Program-made: the position numbers and the translations under genes
Notes under the pieces: model-generated
Seen by the model: only the letters and a program-made list of their open reading frames with translations
What the model was told of the DNA's origin: nothing
Database searches by the model: none
Part shown: one piece after another, positions 41,307 through 49,398 of the stretch
Layout of the letters: every line of letters begins with the position of its first letter
How positions within the stretch are numbered: the stretch's first letter is position 1
From: Pseudonocardiales bacterium
GTDB lineage: Bacteria; Actinomycetota; Actinomycetes; Mycobacteriales; Jatrophihabitantaceae
Direction: 5' to 3'
NCBI GenBank assembly: GCA_032160545.1
Contig: JAVHVN010000010.1
Span: 4,016-68,015 of the forward strand
Length of the DNA stretch: 64,000 nt

Positions 41307-43325
41307 GTGACGCCATTCCCGTTCAGCGCGGTGGTCGGCATGGACGACATGCGGCTGGCGCTCGTCCTCAATGCGGTGTCCCCGGCCATCGGCGGCGTCC
41401 TCGTGCGCGGAGAGAAGGGCACCGCGAAATCGACGGCGGTCCGGGCTCTGGCTGCCGTGCTGCCGCCGGTCGCGGTCGTGGCCGGCTGCCGGTTCGCGTG
41501 CGACCCGGCAGCGCCCGACCCGCAGTGCCCGGACGGCCCGCACGGGGCGGACGAGCCCGGTCTGGTGCGCCGGGCCGCGCTGGTCGAACTGCCGGTCGGC
41601 TCGAGCGAGGACCGCCTCGCCGGCTCGCTCGACATCGAGCGCGCGCTGACCGAGGGCGTCAAGTCCTTCGAGCCCGGCCTGCTCGCCGCGGCGCACCGCG
41701 GCGTGCTCTACGTCGACGAGGTCAACCTGCTGCACGACCACCTGGTCGACCTGCTGCTCGACGCGGCGGCGCTCGGCACGAGCTACGTCGAACGCGAGGG
41801 GGTGTCGGTGCGGCATGCCGCACGGTTCCTGCTCGTCGGCACCATGAACCCCGAGGAGGGCGAGCTTCGCCCGCAGCTCCTGGACCGGTTCGGGCTCACC
41901 GTCGAGGTCGCCGCACCGCGCGAGCCGGAACTGCGCGCCGAGGTCGTCCGCCGCCGGATGGCCTACGACGCCGACGCCGGCACGTTCGCAACGCGTTTCG
42001 CCGCCGAGGAGCAGGCGCTCGCCGACGCGATCGTCGCCGCGCGCCAGCTGCTGCCGTTCGTCGACATCTCGGACGGCGCCCTCACCCGGATCGCGACCGT
42101 GTGCGCGGCCTTCGGCGTGGACGGGCTGCGTGCCGACATCGTCACCGCGCGGGCCGCGGTCGCGCACGCCGCCTGGCAGGGCCGCGGCAGCGTGACCGAC
42201 GACGACATCCGGGTGGCGGCTCGCCTCGCGCTGCCGCACCGGCGCCGGCGCAACCCGTTCGATGCGCCCGGGTTCTCGGACACGGACGAGCAGCAGCTCG
42301 AGGACGCTCTGCGCGACCCCGCCGGGCCGGCACCCGAGCCCGAGCCCGATCCGGACGGCCCCGGCGGCGGCCCGCCGCCGCCTCCCCCACCTCCCCCACC
42401 CAATTCCCTTGATCAACAGATGTCCTCGGTCGATAGTCGACCGGATCGATCTGTTGATCAGGTGGAGGGTGGGGCGGGCCCGACGGACGGTACGGGTGTG
42501 CCTGTGCGGGAGCAGACCGCCGCACCCTCCGGTCTCTTCCGGGCGCGGCGTCTCGAGGTCCCCGGTCTCGGTGCCGGCGCCGCCGGTCGGCGCTCGCGCG
42601 CCGAGACCGAGTACGGCCAGGTGATCGGAGCGGTCCGCCCACCCGGTGCCGTCCACCACCTGCATCTCGCCGCGACGATCGCCGCGGCCGCGCCGCACCA
42701 GCGGGCTCGCGGCCGGGGTGACGCCCCCGGCTTGCTGCTGCGCCGCGACGATCTGCGTGCCGCCCGGCGTGAAGGCCGAGAGGGCAACCTGGTCCTCTTC
42801 GTCGTCGACGCCAGCGGTTCGATGGCCGCGCGCAGTCGGATGAGCGCGGTGAAGGGCGCGGTGCTGTCGCTGCTGCTCGACGCTTACCAGCGCCGCGACA
42901 AGGTCGGCCTGATCACGTTCCGGGGCGATGACGCCGAGCTGACGCTGCCGCCGACCTCGTCGATCGAGGCAGCCGCGGCCCGGCTCACCGCGCTGCCCAC
43001 CGGCGGCCGCACCCCGCTGGCGGCCGGCCTGCTGCGCGCGCATCACACGCTCACCGTCGAGCGGTTGCGCGATCCGTCGCGCCGCGCGTTGCTCGTCGTC
43101 GTCACGGACGGCCGCCACACCCGGGGCGGCCAGCCGGCGCCGGCCGCCGCGCTGCTGGCGCGCGACGGTGTTGCGAGCGTGGTCGTCGACTGCGAGTCGG
43201 GGCCGGTCCGCCTCGGCCTCGCCGCCGACCTCGCGCTCGCGCTGGGCGGCCCGTGCCTGCAGCTCGGCGAACTCGCGGCGGGCGATCTAGCCGACTCCGT
43301 CCGCGCGCTGAAGGGAGCGGCCTGA
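41307..43325 (+). CDS. ChlI-ChlD type fusion protein (AAA+ chelatase ATPase + Pro-rich linker + vWA domain), probable small-subunit partner of CobN
   Basis: Contains FPFSAVVGMDDMRLALVLNAV, GEKGTAKST (Walker A), VLYVDEVNLL (Walker B), a poly-Pro linker, and a vWA domain with the MIDAS motif FVVDASGSM. Confidence 0.88.
   Translation: MTPFPFSAVVGMDDMRLALVLNAVSPAIGGVLVRGEKGTAKSTAVRALAAVLPPVAVVAGCRFACDPAAPDPQCPDGPHGADEPGLVRRAALVELPVGSSEDRLAGSLDIERALTEGVKSFEPGLLAAAHRGVLYVDEVNLLHDHLVDLLLDAAALGTSYVEREGVSVRHAARFLLVGTMNPEEGELRPQLLDRFGLTVEVAAPREPELRAEVVRRRMAYDADAGTFATRFAAEEQALADAIVAARQLLPFVDISDGALTRIATVCAAFGVDGLRADIVTARAAVAHAAWQGRGSVTDDDIRVAARLALPHRRRRNPFDAPGFSDTDEQQLEDALRDPAGPAPEPEPDPDGPGGGPPPPPPPPPPNSLDQQMSSVDSRPDRSVDQVEGGAGPTDGTGVPVREQTAAPSGLFRARRLEVPGLGAGAAGRRSRAETEYGQVIGAVRPPGAVHHLHLAATIAAAAPHQRARGRGDAPGLLLRRDDLRAARREGREGNLVLFVVDASGSMAARSRMSAVKGAVLSLLLDAYQRRDKVGLITFRGDDAELTLPPTSSIEAAAARLTALPTGGRTPLAAGLLRAHHTLTVERLRDPSRRALLVVVTDGRHTRGGQPAPAAALLARDGVASVVVDCESGPVRLGLAADLALALGGPCLQLGELAAGDLADSVRALKGAA
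42393..42474. repeat. three-tier nested palindromic element, copy B, inside the chlID coding sequence (core 42410-42460)
   Basis: Perfect 12-bp inverted repeat TGATCAACAGAT / ATCTGTTGATCA. It encloses the perfect palindrome CGGTCGA-TAG-TCGACCG. Flanks are CCCCACCC and GGGTGGGG. The 51-bp core is translated in frame as LDQQMSSVDSRPDRSVDQ. Confidence 0.8.
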
Positions 43326-43936
43326 TGCCCCAAGGAGTGCCGGCGGTCGTGCCCGAGGACGGGCTGACCACTCGCCAGCGCCGCAACCGCCCCCTGCTGA
43401 TCGTCCACACCGGCGAGATGAAGGGTAAGTCGACAGCCGCGTTCGGCCTCGCGCTGCGAGCGTGGAACCAGGGCTGGCCGATCGGCGTGTTCCAGTTCGT
43501 CAAGAGTGCGAAGTGGCGCGTGGGTGAGGAGTCCGCGTTCCGCGCACTGGGCCGCCTGCACGAGCAGACCGGAGAGGGGGCGCCGGTGGCGTGGCACAAG
43601 ATGGGCGAGGGCTGGTCGTGGATCCAGCGCGGGGACACCGAGGACCACGCCCGCGACGCGCGTGACGGTTGGGCGCAGATCAAGCGCGATCTCGCGGCCG
43701 AGACGTACGGCTGCTACGTGCTCGATGAGTTCACCTACCCGATCGCCTGGGGCTGGATCGACGTCGAGGACGTCGTGACGACGCTGCGCGAGCGGCCCGG
43801 GCACCAGCACGTGATCGTCACGGGTCGCCGCGCTGACCCCGCGTTGATCGAGGCCGCGGACCTCGTCGTCGAGATGACGAAGATCAAGCATCCGATGGAC
43901 GCCGGTCAGAAGGGCCAGCGCGGCATCGAATGGTGA
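43325..43936 (+). CDS. cobO: cob(I)yrinic acid a,c-diamide adenosyltransferase
   Basis: ATG 43325 overlaps the chlID TGA by 1 nt. Contains LLIVHTGEMKGKSTAAFG (P-loop), YVLDEFTYP and the C-terminal HPMDAGQKGQRGIEW. Confidence 0.93.
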   Translation: MPQGVPAVVPEDGLTTRQRRNRPLLIVHTGEMKGKSTAAFGLALRAWNQGWPIGVFQFVKSAKWRVGEESAFRALGRLHEQTGEGAPVAWHKMGEGWSWIQRGDTEDHARDARDGWAQIKRDLAAETYGCYVLDEFTYPIAWGWIDVEDVVTTLRERPGHQHVIVTGRRADPALIEAADLVVEMTKIKHPMDAGQKGQRGIEW

Positions 43937-45309
43937 CTATTCCGAGGGTGGTCGTCGCAGCCCCGGCCAGCGGCTCCGGCAAGACGTCGGTGGCCACCGG
44001 CCTGCTCGCGGCGTTCCGTGCCCGCGGTCTGATCGTGTCCCCGCACAAGGTGGGCCCGGACTACATCGATCCGGGCTACCACGGCCTCGCCGCCGGTCGG
44101 CCGGGGCGCAATCTCGACCCGTGGCTCGTCGGTGAGCCGCGCGTGGCACAGCTGTTCGCGCACGGTGCGAGCACGCCGCAGCCGGCCGACGTGGCCGTGG
44201 TCGAAGGCGTCATGGGGCTGTTCGACGGCGCGATCGGCATGGGCATCTTCGCCTCGACGGCGCACGTCGCCGAGCTGTTGCAGGCGCCGGTCATCCTCGT
44301 GGTCGACACCACCGGCATGGGCGGATCCGTGGCTGCGCTCGTCCACGGGTTCCTGACCTTCCGCCCCGACGTCCGCATCGGCGGCGTGATCCTCAACCAG
44401 GTCGGCAGTGGCCGGCACGCGATGCTGCTCGCCCGGGCCCTCGAGGAGGCAGGCGTTCCCACGCTCGGCGCCATCCACCGCCAGGACGAGCTCGCGACCC
44501 CGTCGCGGCACCTCGGCCTGGTGCCGGCCGCCGAGCGGACGGCAGCGGCCGAGGCGACCGTCGCGGCGCTGGGCAGGGTCGTCGCCGACAGCGTCGACCT
44601 CGACGCCGTGCTCGCGCTCGCGCGCTCGGCGCCGCCGCTGGACGTCGAGCCGCTGATGCCGGGGAACCTGCTGGCCACAAGCAGCCCCGACGCCCAGGTG
44701 CGGGTCGCCGTCGCGGCCGGGGCGGCCTTCACGTTCGGCTACGCCGAGCACGTCGAGCTGCTGCACGGCGCCGGCGCCGAGGTCGTCATGTTCGACCCGA
44801 TCACCGACGCGTCGCTGCCGGCCGACATCGACGGCGTCGTCATCGGCGGCGGGTTCCCCGAGGCGTACGCGGAGGCGCTGTCGGACAACGAGTCGATGCG
44901 GCGCTCGGTCGCGGGCGCCGTCCGCGGGGGTGTGCCCGTCGCCGCCGAGTGCGCTGGCCTGTTGTACCTCGCCAACCACCTCGACCGGCGTCCGATGTGC
45001 GGGGTGCTCGACGCCGACGCCGTCATGACGCCGCGGTTGACGCTCGGCTACCGAGAGGCGGTCGCCGCGACCGACTCGGTGCTCGCCCTGGCCGGGACCA
45101 GGGTGCGCGGCCACGAGTTCCACCGCACGGCGTGCACCCCCCCGGCCGGCGCGCCCCCCGCCTGGCACTGGCGCGCGGGCGAGGCCTCGGTCAGCGAGGG
45201 CTTCGCCGGCGGCAACGTGCACGCCTCGTACCTGCACCTGCACTGGGTGGGCGTTCCGGGGATCGCCGACCGGTTCGTCGCCGCCTGCGCCGAGGCGAGG
45301 GACGCGTGA
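43930..45309 (+). CDS. cobB: cobyrinic acid a,c-diamide synthase
   Basis: Contains VVAAPASGSGKTSVATGLL and PHKVGPDYIDPGYH, with a C-terminal GATase carrying AECAGLLYL. Confidence 0.93.
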   Translation: MVTIPRVVVAAPASGSGKTSVATGLLAAFRARGLIVSPHKVGPDYIDPGYHGLAAGRPGRNLDPWLVGEPRVAQLFAHGASTPQPADVAVVEGVMGLFDGAIGMGIFASTAHVAELLQAPVILVVDTTGMGGSVAALVHGFLTFRPDVRIGGVILNQVGSGRHAMLLARALEEAGVPTLGAIHRQDELATPSRHLGLVPAAERTAAAEATVAALGRVVADSVDLDAVLALARSAPPLDVEPLMPGNLLATSSPDAQVRVAVAAGAAFTFGYAEHVELLHGAGAEVVMFDPITDASLPADIDGVVIGGGFPEAYAEALSDNESMRRSVAGAVRGGVPVAAECAGLLYLANHLDRRPMCGVLDADAVMTPRLTLGYREAVAATDSVLALAGTRVRGHEFHRTACTPPAGAPPAWHWRAGEASVSEGFAGGNVHASYLHLHWVGVPGIADRFVAACAEARDA

Positions 45310-46319
45310 CGGGGGACGCGCTGCTCACCCACCACGGCGACCGTGACGCGGTTCCGGGGCTCGTCGACCTCGCCGTGAACGTCCGGGCGGGGACGCCGCC
45401 GGGCTGGTTGCGCGAGCTGCTCGCCACGATCGATCCGGCTCGCTACCCCGACCCGTCCGCAGCGCTCACCGCGGTCGCGCGCCGCCACGGACGCGCCCCG
45501 GACGAGGTGCTCATGACCGCGGGCGCTGCCGAGGCGTTCGTCCTGCTCGCCCGTGCGCTGTCGCCGCGGCACGCGGTGGTCGTCCACCCGCAGTTCACCG
45601 AACCCGAGGTCGCGCTGCGGGCCGCGGGTCACCGCGTCGAGCGGGTCGTGCTGCGCGAGCCGTTCGTCCTGCACGCCGAGGACGTTCCCGAGTCCGCGGA
45701 CCTCGTCGTCGTCGGCAACCCCACGAATCCGACGTCGGTGCTGCACCCCGCCGCGACGCTGCGCGCCCTTGCCCGGCCCGGGCGGGTGCTGGTCGTCGAC
45801 GAAGCCTTCGCCGACTGCGTGCCCGGCGAGCCCGAGTCCCTCGCCCCCGCGTCCGACCTGCCTGGAGTACTGGTCGTTCGCAGCCTGACGAAGACCTGGG
45901 GCCTGGCCGGGCTGCGCGTCGGATACCTCCTCGGTGCATCGCAGCTGCTGGCGCGCCTCGCGGGGGCGCAGTCGCGGTGGGCGGTGTCGTCGCCGGCGCT
46001 GGCCGCCGCCGCCGCGTGCAGCGAGCCCGCTGCTGTCCGCGAAGCGGCCGGCTGGGCGGCGGCTCTGGGCTCGCAGCGCGACCATCTGGTCGCGCTGTTG
46101 GGCGCGCTGCCCGGAATGCAGGTGGCTGCCGATCCGCGCGCCTCGTTCGTGCTCGTCCGCACGCCGGTGCCGCGGTTGTGGACCCGGCTGCGGGATCGCG
46201 GCTTCGCGGTGCGCCGTGGCGACACGTTCCCCGGGCTCGGGGTGGACTGGGTGCGCGTCGCCGTGCGTGACCACGCCACCTCGACGGCGCTGGCCACCGC
46301 CGTGAGCGAGTGCCTCTGA
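45306..46319 (+). CDS. cobC: threonine-phosphate decarboxylase-type class I/II aminotransferase (CobC/CobD of the aminopropanol arm)
   Basis: GTGA overlap with cobB. Contains LVVVGNPTNPT and VVRSLTKTWGLAGLRVGY (PLP-Lys context). Confidence 0.85.
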   Translation: MTGDALLTHHGDRDAVPGLVDLAVNVRAGTPPGWLRELLATIDPARYPDPSAALTAVARRHGRAPDEVLMTAGAAEAFVLLARALSPRHAVVVHPQFTEPEVALRAAGHRVERVVLREPFVLHAEDVPESADLVVVGNPTNPTSVLHPAATLRALARPGRVLVVDEAFADCVPGEPESLAPASDLPGVLVVRSLTKTWGLAGLRVGYLLGASQLLARLAGAQSRWAVSSPALAAAAACSEPAAVREAAGWAAALGSQRDHLVALLGALPGMQVAADPRASFVLVRTPVPRLWTRLRDRGFAVRRGDTFPGLGVDWVRVAVRDHATSTALATAVSECL

Positions 46320-48031
46320 TGGATCTCTACGACGCCATCGAGGGGCGCCGCGACGTCCGGTCGGGTTTCGTGGGCGACCCGGTGACCGACGACGTCCTCG
46401 AGCGCGTGCTCGCCGCGGCGCATCACGCACCGAGCGTCGGGTTCTCGCAGCCCTGGGACTTCCTGGTCCTGCGCGATGTCGAGACCCGCAGGAAGGTGCG
46501 CGCGCTCGTCGACCAGGCACGCCGGCGCTACGCCGCCTCGCTGCCCGCAGCGCGGCGCGCAGCCTTCGCCGGGCTCAAGATCGAGGCGATCCTCGAGACC
46601 CCGGTGAACGTCGTCGTCACCAACGACCCGACCCGAGGCGGGCGGCACGTGCTCGGCCGGCACTCCCAGCCGAAGATGACCGCGTTCTCGACCGCCTGCG
46701 CCGTCGAGAATCTCTGGCTGGCGGCGCGCGCCGAAGGCCTCGGAGTCGGCTGGGTGAGCTTCTTCGACGAGCGCGAACTCGCCGGGATGCTGCGGCTGCC
46801 GCCGCACGTCGAGATCGTGGCCTACCTCTGCGTCGGTCACGTCGAACGCTTCGCCGCCGAGCCCGAACTCGCCACGGCCGGATGGGCCAGGCGTCGTCCG
46901 CTGTCGTGGGCGATCCATCACGAGCAGTGGGGCGTGCGCGCCTCACCGGACGAAGGGGGCGGGCGCGTGCTCGACCAGACCATCGCTGCCATCGGGCCGC
47001 TCGACGCGGCGGCGGTCGCCGCGGCGCGGGAGCGGCAGGATCTGCTGACCAAGCCGCGCGGTTCGCTCGGCGTGCTCGAGGACGTCTCGGTGCAGCTGGC
47101 CGGCCTCGCCGGCGCGTGCCCCGCGCCGTTGCCCGAACCGGCCGTCGTCGCCGTGTTCGCCGCCGACCACGGCGTGCACGCGCAGGGCGTGTCCCCGTGG
47201 CCGCAGGAGGTCACCGCGCAGATGGTCGCGAACTTCGTCGCGGGCGGTGCCGTGATCAACGCGCTCGCCGCCCAGGCCGGTGCAGAGGTGCTCGTCGTGG
47301 ACGTCGGCGTCGCGGCCGACATCGACACCGTGCCAGGCCTGCTCCCGCGCAAGGTGCGCCGCGGCACGCGCGATCTCGCCGTCGAACCGGCCCTGACCCG
47401 CGACGAGGTCCGCGCCGCCCTCGAGGTCGGCGTCGAGGTGGCTCGTGACCTGGTCGCCGCCGGCAACCGGTGCCTGCTCACCGGAGACATGGGCATCGCG
47501 AACACGACGGCATCCGCTGCGCTCGTCTCGGTGTTCACCGGGGCGTCACCGGCCGAGGTCACCGGGCGCGGCACCGGCGTGGACGACACGATGCTGGCGC
47601 ACAAGATCGAGGTGATCGAGCGGGCGCTCGCGCTGCACGCGCCCGACCCGGCCGATCCGGTAGGTGTCCTCGCGGCGGTCGGCGGCCTCGAGCACGCCGC
47701 GATCGCGGGATTCCTGCTCGGGGCGGCGGCAGCGCGCGTGCCGGTGATCCTCGACGGCGTGATCGCCGGCTCGGCCGCCCTGGCCGCCGCGGCCCTGGCA
47801 CCGCACAGCGTCGCGGCCATGATCGCCGGGCATCGCTCGGCCGAGCCGGGCGCGGCGCGCGCGTTGGCCCACCTCGGCCTTCGCCCGCTGGTCGACCTCG
47901 ACCTGCGACTCGGCGAGGGCTCCGGCGCCGCGTTGTCGCTCGGGCTGGTGCAGAGCGCCGCTCGAATCCTGCGCGATGTCGCGACCTTCGACGGCGCGGG
48001 CGTGTCGGACAAGAACCCCGACGGCGCGTGA
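46319..48031 (+). CDS. cobT: fusion of BluB-type 5,6-dimethylbenzimidazole synthase (nitroreductase fold) with nicotinate-nucleotide:DMB phosphoribosyltransferase CobT
   Basis: N-terminal half: DLYDAIEGRRDVRSGF, HHAPSVGFSQPWDF and GVGWVSFF. C-terminal half: LTKPRGSLGVLE, FAADHGV and MGIANTT, which are CobT blocks. ATG 46319 overlaps the cobC TGA. Confidence 0.88.
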   Translation: MDLYDAIEGRRDVRSGFVGDPVTDDVLERVLAAAHHAPSVGFSQPWDFLVLRDVETRRKVRALVDQARRRYAASLPAARRAAFAGLKIEAILETPVNVVVTNDPTRGGRHVLGRHSQPKMTAFSTACAVENLWLAARAEGLGVGWVSFFDERELAGMLRLPPHVEIVAYLCVGHVERFAAEPELATAGWARRRPLSWAIHHEQWGVRASPDEGGGRVLDQTIAAIGPLDAAAVAAARERQDLLTKPRGSLGVLEDVSVQLAGLAGACPAPLPEPAVVAVFAADHGVHAQGVSPWPQEVTAQMVANFVAGGAVINALAAQAGAEVLVVDVGVAADIDTVPGLLPRKVRRGTRDLAVEPALTRDEVRAALEVGVEVARDLVAAGNRCLLTGDMGIANTTASAALVSVFTGASPAEVTGRGTGVDDTMLAHKIEVIERALALHAPDPADPVGVLAAVGGLEHAAIAGFLLGAAAARVPVILDGVIAGSAALAAAALAPHSVAAMIAGHRSAEPGAARALAHLGLRPLVDLDLRLGEGSGAALSLGLVQSAARILRDVATFDGAGVSDKNPDGA

Positions 48032-48561
48032 CCGGTCGGCGCATCCTCGTCGTCGGCGGCGCACGCTCGGGCAAGTCGGCGCACGCCGAGAAGCTGCTGA
48101 ACGACGAGCCGCGGGTCGACTACGTGGCGACCGCCCTGCGCGACCCGGCCGACGCCGAGTGGGCCGAGCGGATCGCGAGGCACCGCGATCGACGGCCGGC
48201 GCACTGGAGCACGCTCGAGACGGACGACCTGGTGTCGGTGCTCGGCTCCGACGGACCCGCGACGCTCGTCGACAGCGTCACGGCGTGGCTCACCGCGGTC
48301 ATGGATGCCGCCGGCTCGTGGGCCGGTGGCCCGAACGCCGACGGGCGGCTCGCCGAAGTCGTCGATCACACCGTCGGCGCCTGGGCGGCCACGCCGCGGC
48401 GCGTCGTCGCGGTCAGTGACGAGGTGGGCAGCGGCGTCGTGCCCGACACCTCGTCGGGCCGGCTGTTCCGCGACACGCTCGGCCTGCTGAACCAGCGCCT
48501 TGCGGCGAGTTCCGACGAGGTCTGGCTCCTCACCGTCGGCATCGCGCAGCGGCTGCGGTGA
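48028..48561 (+). CDS. cobU: bifunctional adenosylcobinamide kinase / adenosylcobinamide-phosphate guanylyltransferase
   Basis: GTGA overlap with the previous gene. Contains ILVVGGARSGKSAHAE (P-loop) and VSDEVGSGVVP. Confidence 0.92.
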   Translation: MTGRRILVVGGARSGKSAHAEKLLNDEPRVDYVATALRDPADAEWAERIARHRDRRPAHWSTLETDDLVSVLGSDGPATLVDSVTAWLTAVMDAAGSWAGGPNADGRLAEVVDHTVGAWAATPRRVVAVSDEVGSGVVPDTSSGRLFRDTLGLLNQRLAASSDEVWLLTVGIAQRLR

Positions 48562-49334
48562 GCCGCGCCGGGCTGCGCCTCGCCGTCGCGATGTTCACCG
48601 CGTTGCCGGTGCCGCGGCGCTGGCACGGGCACACCGACGCGGCGGCCCGCGCGCTGCTCTGGCTTCCGGTTGTCGGAGCCGGCCTCGGCGGCCTGGCGGG
48701 GCTGGTCGCAGCGGCGGTCCTCGCGCGCGACGGCGCAACGTCGGCGCTCGCTGCCGTGCTCGCGGTGGCCGCGCTTGCCGTGCTCACTCGCGGCCTGCAC
48801 CTCGACGGGCTGGCCGACACGGCCGACGGGCTCGGCAGCGGGGCGCCCGCCGAGCGCGCGCTCGCGATCATGCGGCAGTCCGACATCGGCCCGTTCGGCG
48901 TGATGGCGGTGGCGCTGGTGCTGCTCGTCGACGTGACGGCGCTCGCGACGGCCACAGCCGGCGACGTCTGGCGGCCGGCCGCAGCCCTGGCGGTGGCGGC
49001 CGCCACCGGCCGGCTCGCCGTCGTCCACGCGGCGGCCCCGGGCGTGTCGGCGGCGCGTCCCGGCGGGTTCGGGTCGCTCGTCGCCGGGTCGGCGACGTGG
49101 CCGCGGGCCTTGCTGCTCACCGCGGTCGTCCTCGCGGGCGGGGCCGGCCTGGCTGCCGCGGCCGGCGCAAACGTCCTCGGCTGGCTGGTCGCGCAGGTCG
49201 TCGCGCTGCTGGTGGCCGCCGCGCTGCGACTGCACACCACCCGCCGCCTCGGCGGGGTGACCGGCGACGTCTTCGGCGCTCTCATCGAGGTCGCGACCGC
49301 CGTCACCCTCGTCGGCCTCGCCCTCGCCCCATAG
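48558..49334 (+). CDS. cobS: adenosylcobinamide-GDP ribazoletransferase (cobalamin synthase)
   Basis: GTGA overlap with cobU. Contains AMFTALPVP, HLDGLADTADGLGS and IGPFGVMAV, which are CobS/CobV blocks. Confidence 0.92.
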   Translation: MSRAGLRLAVAMFTALPVPRRWHGHTDAAARALLWLPVVGAGLGGLAGLVAAAVLARDGATSALAAVLAVAALAVLTRGLHLDGLADTADGLGSGAPAERALAIMRQSDIGPFGVMAVALVLLVDVTALATATAGDVWRPAAALAVAAATGRLAVVHAAAPGVSAARPGGFGSLVAGSATWPRALLLTAVVLAGGAGLAAAAGANVLGWLVAQVVALLVAAALRLHTTRRLGGVTGDVFGALIEVATAVTLVGLALAP

Positions 49335-49398
49335 CGGGCCGAGCCGCCGGGAGCGGCGCCGGACGGGGTCAGCCGGGGTCAGCCGGCGCCGGACCGGG

